64,000 nt of DNA. It comes from an uncultured Opitutus sp. Lineage in GTDB: Bacteria > Verrucomicrobiota > Verrucomicrobiia > Opitutales > Opitutaceae. Below are positions 17,901 through 25,114 of this stretch, one piece after another. Location of the stretch: positions 773-64,772 of the forward strand of contig CAYWRG010000018.1 in NCBI GenBank assembly GCA_964460715.1, written 5' to 3'. The translations under genes were made by a program, and so were the position numbers. How positions within the stretch are numbered: position 1 is the first letter of the stretch; each line of letters starts with the position of its first letter. Under the pieces are notes generated by a model that was given only the letters and a program-made list of their open reading frames with translations, did no database searches and was not told the origin of the DNA.

Positions 17901-18052
17901 CGAGCGTGCTGACCTATATTCGCCAGAGCTATGGCAACGACGCCGCGCCGGTGACGGATGCCGAAGTCCGGGCGGTCCGCGGGGCGACCCGTCAGCGCCG
18001 CGATCTGTGGACGGCGGAAGAGCTCAAGACGCCGGTCAAGCTCACGCCCTGA
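14930..18052 (+). CDS. Secreted multidomain protein: ThuA-like domain + PVC-type membrane-bound-dehydrogenase/beta-propeller region + HEAT-like repeats + C-terminal c-type cytochrome
   Basis: 1040 aa with a signal peptide. ThuA-like N-terminus (EVLFLGS...FDAVLLYANW...GFIPVHSASACF). CxxCH heme motif in QIYGNTCVACHGLDAKG, followed by IMPP. This architecture is common in Planctomycetes/Verrucomicrobia. Confidence 0.75.
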   Translation: MRLIRFVLLAFSLIDGAAFAAEPVVHPKADARRLEVLFLGSPTASHAAHDPITRYRMLKKATGTSGINLTYSESLEEALTPAFLAQFDAVLLYANWPRIEPAQERALISYIESGRGFIPVHSASACFGNSDAFIALVGARFQRHGGEVFTPATVLPDHPTMQGLAPLEAWDETYLHDRQGGDRTVLQVRKHPAGEEPWTWVRTQGSGRVFYTASGHDERVWDLPAFHQLLIKGITWAAGPEASGRLTRLQLPVLKEQDVIMPGYLRKQPITKAQMPLSPVESAKMIQVPLGFEVSLFAAEPEIVNPIYIGWDHRGRAYVIETIDYPNNLQAGNVGHDRIKITEDTNGDGRADKFTVFAEGLSIPTSLVFVNGGVLTTNGTQLLFLKDTDGDDKADVRQVLVEGFKMHDTHASVSNLRYGYDNWIYATIGYSGFAGEVGGAKLEFAQGLFRFTPDGKKMEYLQPTTNNTWGLGFMEDFAILGSTANGNPSWVYTLPQERYRAFGINQPRTPRADDNPFYYPSSMDIRQVDVHGKYTAGAGHAFYTARRFPADYQNKVAFVTEPTGKLVGSFDVAPAGTIYTARQRPNNIFNSADAWSSPVTADVGPDGALWIADWYNLIIQHNPTPTAASSGVDAQNGRGNAYQTALRDTEHGRIWRVYPKGSANDAIPALDPARPETLVAGLSHTNQLWRLHAQRLLVEGGHRSAAADLRRTVQAGGVGAVHALQALAGLGTVDAELLTVAWRSDDAGLRRAGRELAARDNPAFLRQQVMAGTGPLTAANPRELIELLGAVSRLEASPELGLRIFATGVAQETALVKDTVLADAWQLAARAHAAGVIDAALAANLPFKQADQSLAGQVLPVVAWYAGTAPDRRAAVLASARGQSNAFAAYVAGGLAVPATGPVAAKFAPDPVIHQRGAQIYGNTCVACHGLDAKGVEGAFPPLAGSEWITGDPSAAIRIVLHGLTGPITVAGQSYDSIMPPVVGLSDGDIASVLTYIRQSYGNDAAPVTDAEVRAVRGATRQRRDLWTAEELKTPVKLTP

Positions 18053-18063
18053 TTGCTATGGCG

Positions 18064-18144
18064 GATGTAGCCGGGCTCGCTGAGCCCGGTCTGTATGCGC
18101 CGACCGATCTTTCCCTGACCGGGCTCAGCGAGCCCAGCTACATC
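18064..18144. repeat. Long hairpin element (27/28 bp stem, 25 nt loop); each arm is itself palindromic
   Basis: gatgtagccgggctcgctgagcccggtc (18064-18091) versus the reverse complement of 18117-18144 has one mismatch. Each arm contains CCGGGCTC...GAGCCCGG. Confidence 0.9.
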
Positions 18145-18154
18145 AGTCAACAAG

Positions 18155-18185
18155 CCGCATCCCGCCAGGGATGCGGTTTGCTGTT
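18155..18185 (+). terminator. Rho-independent terminator
   Basis: ccgcatccc / gcca / gggatgcgg followed by tttgctgtt. Confidence 0.8.
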
Positions 18186-18238
18186 CATAGGGACCGGAGA
18201 TTGCCACCGAGGTCAGAGTGCGCCGCAATCGCGGTGAA

Positions 18239-19147
18239 ATGAGCGAAGAAACGCCCGAGCATCATGCTGAGGTTTCCCGCCGCGCCGGCCAGGCTGCGGG
18301 GCTGGTGCTGCGTGGTGTCGCCCTGAATCTCTTGCTGGCCGCGATCAAGCTGGCGGGCGGCGTGTGGGGCCACACCTATGCGCTGATTGCGGATGCGGTG
18401 GAGTCACTACTCGACATCTTTTCATCGCTGCTGGTCTGGATGGGTTTCCGGGTCGCGTCGCGACCGCCGGACGAGAATCATCCCTATGGGCATGGCAAGG
18501 CGGAGCCGCTGGCGGCGATGGCGGTGGCGCTTTGCATCTTTGCGGCGGCGGGCTGGATTGCGGTGCACGCGGTGCGCGAGATCATCACCCCGCATCAAGG
18601 ACCGCATTGGGGCACGCTACCGTTGGTGGCGTTTGTGGTGCTGGTGAAGTACCGCTTTTCCCGCCGTCTGCTTGCGGCGGGGGAGAAGGATGGCAGCACC
18701 GCGCTGGGCGCCGAGGCTTGGCACCACTATGCGGACGCGGTGACGTCCGCGGCGGCCTTTGTCGGCATCGCGATCGCCGTGCTGGGAGGGGAAGGTTATG
18801 AGGCGGCGGATGACTGGGCGGCGCTGCTGGCGTGCGTGGTCATTGCGCTGAACGGCCTGAACGTGTTTAACCGTGCGTTGGGTGATGTGATGGATCTGGC
18901 CGTTCCCCTGGCGTTCGAGACCGAGGTTCGCGCCGTGGCTGCGGCGGTGGCGGGCGTGCGGGGCCTCGACAAATGCCGGGTCCGGAAAAGCGGACTCAGC
19001 CATCTGGTGGATATCCATGTGGAGGTTGACCCCGAGCTGACCGTCAGTGCCGGTCACGCCATCGCCGGGGCGGTGAAGCACGCGCTCCTGCGTTCGCCCC
19101 TGCGAATTACGGATGTCATGGTGCACATCGAGCCGGCGCCGAAGTAG
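18239..19147 (+). CDS. Cation diffusion facilitator (CDF) family metal efflux transporter
   Basis: ATG at 18239. Conserved TM2 segment ALIADAVESLLDIFSS, HPYGHGKAEPLAA, and a C-terminal cytoplasmic domain (HLVDIHVEVDPELTV). Confidence 0.85.
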   Translation: MSEETPEHHAEVSRRAGQAAGLVLRGVALNLLLAAIKLAGGVWGHTYALIADAVESLLDIFSSLLVWMGFRVASRPPDENHPYGHGKAEPLAAMAVALCIFAAAGWIAVHAVREIITPHQGPHWGTLPLVAFVVLVKYRFSRRLLAAGEKDGSTALGAEAWHHYADAVTSAAAFVGIAIAVLGGEGYEAADDWAALLACVVIALNGLNVFNRALGDVMDLAVPLAFETEVRAVAAAVAGVRGLDKCRVRKSGLSHLVDIHVEVDPELTVSAGHAIAGAVKHALLRSPLRITDVMVHIEPAPK

Positions 19148-19289
19148 TCCTTGATTCAAGGGGTTGGCGGAACCGGTTCTGCGCCGCTGGCTATTCGGCC
19201 AGATTCTACGGCTATGTCTGTGGTTTATACGATCAACCGCGGCAGGCTTTGCGGTTTACTCCCCGGGGGTCTGAAAGTTAGCGTGCTGT

Positions 19290-21116
19290 ATGAAGACGAG
19301 AAATCCGTCCGTACCCCTTAGCGAAAATCAGCACCTGCTCCGGTGGGTCGAAAAAATGGCCGAGTTGTGCAAACCGGCCGCAATCCACTGGGTGGACGGA
19401 TCCCAGGAAGAGGCCGATGAATTGAGCGCCCAGCTGGTGGCCAGCGGCACGTTCATCAAGCTGAACGAGAAGCTCTGGCCCGGCTGCTACTACGCCAAGT
19501 CCGACGCCGGGGACGTCGCCCGCGTCGAGGATCGCACGTTCATTTGCTCCCTGTCCAAGGACACGGCGGGACCGACCAACAACTGGGTCGATCCGTTCCA
19601 GATGCGCCGTAAGCTGAAGGAGGTCTTTGCCGGCTGCATGGAAGGCCGCACCATGTATGTGTTGCCCTACAGCATGGGGCCAGTGGGTTCGCAGATGTCG
19701 CAGATTGGCGTCGAGCTGACCGATTCGCCCTATGTGGTGGTCAACATGCGGATCATGGCCCGCGTCGGCCTGCCGGTCTACAAGGAGATCGACAAGGCGG
19801 AGAAGCGCGTCGTCCCGTGCATCCACTCGGTCGGACACCCGCTCAAGCCCGGCCAGAAGGATGTGCCTTGGCCCTGCAATCCCGACAAGTACATCGTGCA
19901 CTTCCCGGAGACCCGTGAGATCTGGAGCTACGGTTCCGGCTACGGTGGCAATGCGCTGCTCGGCAAGAAGTGCTTTGCGCTTCGCATCGCGTCCAACATG
20001 GCCCGCGACGAAGGTTGGATGGCGGAGCACATGCTGATTCTCGGCGTCGAGAACCCGAAGGGCGAGAAGACCTACGTCGCAGCGGCGTTCCCGAGCGCCT
20101 GCGGCAAGACGAACTTCGCCATGCTGATCCCGCCCGAGCACTTCAAGAAGCAGGGCTGGAAGGTGTGGACGGTCGGCGACGACATCGCGTGGATCAAGCC
20201 TGACGCCAACGGTCGCCTCCGTGCGATCAATCCCGAGGCCGGCTTCTTCGGCGTCGCCCCCGGCACGTCGAACAAGACGAACCCGAACGCGATGGCCTCG
20301 CTCTCGAAGAACACGATCTTCACCAACGTGGCGCTGACCCCCGAGGGTGGCGTCTGGTGGGAGGGCATGACGGACGAGCCGCCGGCTGAGTGCATCGACT
20401 GGCAGGGCAAGAAGTGGACCCCGGCGATCGGGAAGGAAACGGGCGCCAAGGCGGCCCATCCGAACGCGCGCTTCACGGCTCCGGCCTCCCAGTGCCCGAC
20501 CATCGACCCCGAGTGGGAGAATCCCGAGGGTGTTCCGATCAGCGCCTTCATCTTCGGCGGTCGCCGCGCGACCACCATGCCGCTGGTTTACCAGGCCTTC
20601 AACTGGAGCGCGGGTGTCTACACCGGCGCCACGATGGGCTCCGAGATGACCGCGGCTGCGGCGGGCACGATCGGCAAGGTCCGACGCGACCCGTTCGCCA
20701 TGCTGCCGTTCTGCGGCTACAACATGGGCGACTACTTCCGTCACTGGATCAAGATGCAGCGCAATCTCACCGAGACGCCGCGCATCTTCCACGTCAACTG
20801 GTTCCGCAAGGACAAGGACGGCAAGTTCATGTGGCCCGGCTTCAGCGAAAACATGCGCGTCCTCAAGTGGATCACGGACCGCGCCCGCGGTCGCGCGCTG
20901 GGTCGCGAGACGCCGATCGGCTGGCAGCCCCGCTACGAGGACCTTGATTGGGAAGGCATGAACTTCCCGAAGGAGCGCTTTGACGAGCTGCAGGCCTTTG
21001 ACCGTGAGGCGTGGCGAGCCGAAGTGCTTGGTCAGGAGGAACTCTTCCTCGATCTGCACGACCATCTGCCGAAGGAACTGATCTACGAGCGCCAGCTCCT
21101 GATCTGCCGGATGTAA
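19290..21116 (+). CDS. pckG: Phosphoenolpyruvate carboxykinase (GTP)
   Basis: 608 aa. Motifs FPSACGKTN (kinase-1a P-loop), GDDIAWI, WEGM, NWFRKD. Confidence 0.95.
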   Translation: MKTRNPSVPLSENQHLLRWVEKMAELCKPAAIHWVDGSQEEADELSAQLVASGTFIKLNEKLWPGCYYAKSDAGDVARVEDRTFICSLSKDTAGPTNNWVDPFQMRRKLKEVFAGCMEGRTMYVLPYSMGPVGSQMSQIGVELTDSPYVVVNMRIMARVGLPVYKEIDKAEKRVVPCIHSVGHPLKPGQKDVPWPCNPDKYIVHFPETREIWSYGSGYGGNALLGKKCFALRIASNMARDEGWMAEHMLILGVENPKGEKTYVAAAFPSACGKTNFAMLIPPEHFKKQGWKVWTVGDDIAWIKPDANGRLRAINPEAGFFGVAPGTSNKTNPNAMASLSKNTIFTNVALTPEGGVWWEGMTDEPPAECIDWQGKKWTPAIGKETGAKAAHPNARFTAPASQCPTIDPEWENPEGVPISAFIFGGRRATTMPLVYQAFNWSAGVYTGATMGSEMTAAAAGTIGKVRRDPFAMLPFCGYNMGDYFRHWIKMQRNLTETPRIFHVNWFRKDKDGKFMWPGFSENMRVLKWITDRARGRALGRETPIGWQPRYEDLDWEGMNFPKERFDELQAFDREAWRAEVLGQEELFLDLHDHLPKELIYERQLLICRM

Positions 21117-21155
21117 CCCGCGCGCCGAAAGGCGCTTCAGAGGTCCCGGAATCGT

Positions 21156-21251
21156 GGGGGGGGGGGGCGCGGGGGGGCGCCCGGGCGGCCCCCCGGGCCC
21201 CCCCGGCCCCGGCCCCCCGCCCCGCCCCCGGGCCCCCCCCCCCCCCCCCCC
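21156..21251. repeat. 96-nt tract made only of G and C, with G12 and C19 homopolymers
   Basis: Read directly from the sequence: G12 CGC G7 CGCCC GGG C GG C6 GGG C7 GG C4 GG C6 G C4 G C5 GGG C19. Confidence 0.95.
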
Positions 21252-21257
21252 ACGCCG

Positions 21258-22088
21258 TTGTCCCGCGAAAAACTCCTTGAGACCGCCCGGTCGCTTCCAG
21301 CGGACCTGGAGGTCCTCTCGACGCTGGGCGAGATGCTGCAGGACGTGAACGCGGAGCTTGATGCGATCGCTTCCCTGCTGCGCCGCGACCTCGCGCTGGC
21401 GGCCCGCATTGTCCGCATCAGCAACAGTCCGTTGTTTGGCGGTCGCGTGTCGTCGGTCGAGGAGGCGGTGAATCGGGTCGGCTTTGGGGAGATTCTTCGT
21501 CTGGTCGGTACGGCCACGACGGGCCGCTTTGCCGATCGCGCGCTGGAACACTACGGCATCACTGCGCTGCAACTGCGCGACAACATGCTCTACACGGCCT
21601 TCGCGTGCGAGGAACTCGCGCGTCAGGCGGGCGGCGATACGCGCATGGCCTACACTGCGGGCCTGTTGCGGCCGATCGGATTTATGGGCCTCGCCCGCGC
21701 GGCGCGCGGTCGGATCCCGCCCCGGGAGACCTTTGAGCCCAAGCGTTGGGGCAACTATCGCATTTGGGAGGGCAGTTTCCTCGGGATTGGTCATGCGGAG
21801 GTCGCTGGCCTCGTCCTGGACGAGTGGCATTTCCCCAAACCCATGGGCGCGGCGCTGAGGGCGCATTATCTTACCCACCAAGCGGACGCCTCCCAGCCAC
21901 TTGCGTTGCTGCTCAACTTGGCCGGCACCCTGACGGGTGCGGCGGGGCACGCGTTCGAGGGCGAGACGGATCACTGGCTGTTGACACCGGAAAAGCTCGC
22001 GGCGGCCGGCCTGACTGAGGAGCAGCTTTCGCACGCGGCCGAGGCGGCCGGGCAGGCCTTTGACCGGGCGGTTGCGCTGCTGCGCTAG
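21258..22088 (+). CDS. HDOD domain-containing signalling protein
   Basis: 276 aa. HDOD-type N-terminus (LPADLEVLSTLGEMLQDVNAELDAIASLLRRDLALAARIVRISNSPLFGG). The only in-frame start is a TTG 6 nt after the C19 tract, so the start is uncertain. Confidence 0.75.
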   Translation: MSREKLLETARSLPADLEVLSTLGEMLQDVNAELDAIASLLRRDLALAARIVRISNSPLFGGRVSSVEEAVNRVGFGEILRLVGTATTGRFADRALEHYGITALQLRDNMLYTAFACEELARQAGGDTRMAYTAGLLRPIGFMGLARAARGRIPPRETFEPKRWGNYRIWEGSFLGIGHAEVAGLVLDEWHFPKPMGAALRAHYLTHQADASQPLALLLNLAGTLTGAAGHAFEGETDHWLLTPEKLAAAGLTEEQLSHAAEAAGQAFDRAVALLR

Positions 22089-22201
22089 TCGATGTCGCCG
22101 GCCTGCGCTGAGGCCGATACCGGGAATTTCGATCACCGATCAAACGGAGCGGTCGCGGGCAGTGACTTGCGAAAACGATCGTCCCGCACAGGTTCCGGGC
22201 G

Positions 22202-22963
22202 ATGGTTGCTCGTTTCGCTTTCATCCTCTTTCTGGCGCTAGTCCCGACCGTCGTGGGCCTGCGCGCGGCGAATGATCTGGTGGGGGCTCCGCCGGTGCTG
22301 GCGGATGCGTTGACCAAGTTGCTGGCCGATGAGGGACACTGGGCCTCGACCCGCACCTCACGGTATTTCGACAAGGAAGGAAAGTTGGAGCGAACGGATG
22401 TTGAAAGGTACGACCCCTCGCTGCTGGACGATCAGCAATGGAAGCTGCTGCTGCGCAACGGTCGCCCGCCCACCGTGGCGGAGGAAAAATCCTGGTTGCG
22501 GACCCGTAACCGGGAAATGCGCCGGCGTGGTCGGCCGCTGGGCGCGATTATGGACCTCGCTGCGGCGACGCTGGCCGAGGAAACGCGCACGCATTGGGTC
22601 TATTCGGTTCCGATCAAGCCGGGCGCCAGCCGGCGCTTGCCCGCGGAGAAATTCTACGTGCTCGCGCAGGTTCAAAAGGAGCGGGGCGAGCTGGACCGGG
22701 TTGCGATCCGCACCACCGAGGCCTTTCGTGTCGCCGGAGTGGCGCGGGTGGAGAATGTGGAGGCCGATGCCAAGTTTGGCGTGATCGATCCCCAGTTTGC
22801 GGCACAACCGGCGCAGTTCATCGCCACAGGCTCAGCCAAGGTCGCCTGGCTTTTTCGCGTGGGAGGACGACTGGAGACGGAATGGGGCCAATTCCAGCGG
22901 GTTGCGCCCTATGCCAGCCGCTTTAACGTCACGATCGGGGAGCTGAAGGCCCTCGATTTTTAG
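22202..22963 (+). CDS. Secreted hypothetical protein
   Basis: 253 aa with a signal peptide (MVARFAFILFLALVPTVVGLRA). No domain I can name. Confidence 0.6.
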   Translation: MVARFAFILFLALVPTVVGLRAANDLVGAPPVLADALTKLLADEGHWASTRTSRYFDKEGKLERTDVERYDPSLLDDQQWKLLLRNGRPPTVAEEKSWLRTRNREMRRRGRPLGAIMDLAAATLAEETRTHWVYSVPIKPGASRRLPAEKFYVLAQVQKERGELDRVAIRTTEAFRVAGVARVENVEADAKFGVIDPQFAAQPAQFIATGSAKVAWLFRVGGRLETEWGQFQRVAPYASRFNVTIGELKALDF

Positions 22964-23031
22964 GACTGGATCGGCTCAAGGATCTGGCCGCCCGTGCCGA
23001 TAAAGGGGATTGCCGGAAATCTCCGGCTCCC

Positions 23032-23877
23032 ATGGCTCCGGCTCGCGACGTCCTCATCTCTCTTGGCAGCAAGCTATCGCCCTCCATGCGCGTCCTCGGG
23101 CGGCTGGGAGAGCGGCTGCGCGATCCGGACGCGAGCCTCGATGATATCATCCTGCTGGTGCGGATGGATCCCTCGCTCACGTTCAAGATCATGCGTCTGG
23201 CCAACGGCGTCATGTTCGGCACGCGCAATCGTTGCGACTCCCTCGAGGAGGCCGTGGCTCGCGTCGGGGTGGGGGAGATTCACCGGATTGTCGGACTCGC
23301 GGCGTCCCATCAGGCGTATCAAAGCGATTTGGTTTCGTATGGGTTTTCCGCCAGCATGGTCTGGGAAAATTCCGTGGCGGTGGCCGCACTCGCTGCGGCC
23401 TTGGCCAAGCGGAGTGGGGGGGATCCACGCTCCAGTTACACGGCCGGACTTTTGCGCAACGTCGGCCGAGCCGTGCTTGATCGGCTGCCCTCGGCGAGCC
23501 GTTACCCGCACGACTCCACCTGCCTGATCGACTGGGAGCGGCAGAATTACGGTTGCTCGGCCCCCGAGGTTTCCGCGCTGCTGCTGGGTCACTGGCGATT
23601 CCCGGAGCCCTTGGTGGCGATGGTGGAGAACCACGTGGATCCGATGGCGGCCACGGGCGCGCACGCCCCGTTGTCGTGTCTGCTCAATCTGGCATGCGGC
23701 CTCGCGGTGGATCTTGGGACGGGATTGCCGGGCGAGGACAAGGCGTGGGCGCATCGAACGGACGTTTCGGGCGTGCTTGGCCTCGACGATGTGACGATCG
23801 CGATCTGCCGCGATGAGGCACAGGCCGACATTGAGCGGACCCGCGCTGCGCTGGGTGACCTGCGGGTGGCGGCCTAA
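23032..23877 (+). CDS. HDOD domain-containing signalling protein (paralog of 21258..22088)
   Basis: 281 aa. LDDIILLVRMDPSLTFKIMRLANGVMFG. Shares YTAGLLR.(I/V)G and LLNLA blocks with the upstream HDOD ORF. Confidence 0.8.
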   Translation: MAPARDVLISLGSKLSPSMRVLGRLGERLRDPDASLDDIILLVRMDPSLTFKIMRLANGVMFGTRNRCDSLEEAVARVGVGEIHRIVGLAASHQAYQSDLVSYGFSASMVWENSVAVAALAAALAKRSGGDPRSSYTAGLLRNVGRAVLDRLPSASRYPHDSTCLIDWERQNYGCSAPEVSALLLGHWRFPEPLVAMVENHVDPMAATGAHAPLSCLLNLACGLAVDLGTGLPGEDKAWAHRTDVSGVLGLDDVTIAICRDEAQADIERTRAALGDLRVAA

Positions 23878-24023
23878 GTACAAGGTCGCCATCGGCTTGC
23901 TTTTTCTTTGTAAGCCACGGATTTCCATCCCTCTGGCCTGGGCGGGCTTATGCGCTCGCTCTCCCGCAGGCGGTTTGCCATGGAGTTTGCTGCAACTTCC
24001 GCACGGAGCCGGGTGTTCTGCGC

Positions 24024-24623
24024 ATGAACGATGATCCTCCAGTGCAAACCCATCCTACGGGGACGATGACCCCGGCAGATTTTACGACGTTCATGCGAAA
24101 CTATCAGGACATGGTCTATACCACCGCAGTTCGGCTCCTTGGCAACGAGGCGCAGGCGGAGGATATTTCCCAGGAAGTCTTCCTGAAGGCGTATGAGCGA
24201 TTCGATGATCTGAGCACCAGCCCGACCGCCGGTGGCTGGCTCAAGACCGTCACGACCAACCTCTCGCTCAATCACCTGCAGCGCTACCGCAAGCGCTGGC
24301 GCTTCTTCTCGGAGATCGTGCACCAGGACGACGAGGGCGGTGAGGCGGAGCCGGTGGAGTTTGCCGCGCCGGACAGCGATTTCCTCGCGGGAGTCGACAA
24401 GTCCGAGCGCCGGGCTTGGTTGGAGCGTGCCCTGGAGAATCTCCCTGAACACCAGCGTGTCCCGCTGGTCCTTTACCACTTTGAAGACCAGCCCTACGAC
24501 GAGATCGCCAAGCGGCTCGGCGTATCGCTCGCCAAGGTCAAGACCGACATCCTCCGTGGACGCGCGGCGCTCGCCCAGGTGCTGATGCGCAGCGGGGCCA
24601 CCCACGAAACCTTTCATCCCTGA
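24024..24623 (+). CDS. ECF-type RNA polymerase sigma factor (sigma-70 family, group 4)
   Basis: Region 2 (AEDISQEVFLKAYERF) and region 4 (PLVLYHFEDQPYDEIAKRLGVSLAKVKTDILRGRAAL). A start at 24066 is also possible. Confidence 0.9.
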   Translation: MNDDPPVQTHPTGTMTPADFTTFMRNYQDMVYTTAVRLLGNEAQAEDISQEVFLKAYERFDDLSTSPTAGGWLKTVTTNLSLNHLQRYRKRWRFFSEIVHQDDEGGEAEPVEFAAPDSDFLAGVDKSERRAWLERALENLPEHQRVPLVLYHFEDQPYDEIAKRLGVSLAKVKTDILRGRAALAQVLMRSGATHETFHP

Positions 24624-24628
24624 TCGCC

Positions 24629-25090
24629 ATGGACCGACCCACACCCGAAGAAATCGAACAGCGGCTCCATCAGGCTTTGCGCGGACTGCCCTCGCGGCGT
24701 GCGCCCTCCTCGCTCGAGCAGCGCGTGCTCGCGGCCATCGCCGAGCGTCAGGCCCGCCCTTGGTGGCACCAGAGCTACGCCTACTGGCCCACGCCCGTGC
24801 GCCTGCTCTTCTTTGTCCTGTCCGCCGCGCTCGCGGCCGTGGTGGTCGGCGCCGCCGCCACCTTCCTGCCTGGCTTTGGCGCGACGGCCGGACAGCCGGT
24901 CGAGGCCACGCTGGGCTGGTTTGCGCAGATCCGCGCGACCGGCTCCGCGCTCGCGGATGTCGGCGCCCGCCTGCTGCCTTCGGTATCCAGTACCTGGATA
25001 TACGTGGGGCTCGCGGTTTTCGCCAGCCTTTACGCCACCTTGATCGGCCTGGGAGCCGCGGCCTACCGCGTCCTCTGGCAGAATCGCTAA
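24629..25090 (+). CDS. Putative anti-sigma factor (membrane-spanning)
   Basis: 153 aa, 5 nt after the sigma gene. Short cytoplasmic N-terminus followed by TM segments. Assigned by position and architecture only. Confidence 0.6.
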   Translation: MDRPTPEEIEQRLHQALRGLPSRRAPSSLEQRVLAAIAERQARPWWHQSYAYWPTPVRLLFFVLSAALAAVVVGAAATFLPGFGATAGQPVEATLGWFAQIRATGSALADVGARLLPSVSSTWIYVGLAVFASLYATLIGLGAAAYRVLWQNR

Positions 25091-25114
25091 CCTTTGCTTC
25101 GCCTTCCTGATTTT

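Noticed and set aside
17992-18237. Two mutually antisense small ORFs (78 aa and 76 aa) with GLAEPG repeats
   Set aside because: They are read-through translations of the palindromic repeat and the terminator, so the symmetry of the DNA explains the mirrored peptides.
21154-21348. 64-aa Gly/Pro-rich ORF (MGGGGAGGRPGGPPGPPG...) as a stand-alone gene
   Set aside because: It is simply the translation of the G/C-only tract and overlaps the HDOD start out of frame. It is considered only as a possible alternative N-terminus if the tract length differs (see findings).
19278-22136. 952-aa minus-strand ORF spanning pckG, the G/C tract and the HDOD gene
   Set aside because: Antisense to pckG, which is unambiguous. 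The composition is Arg/Gly/Ala-rich junk.
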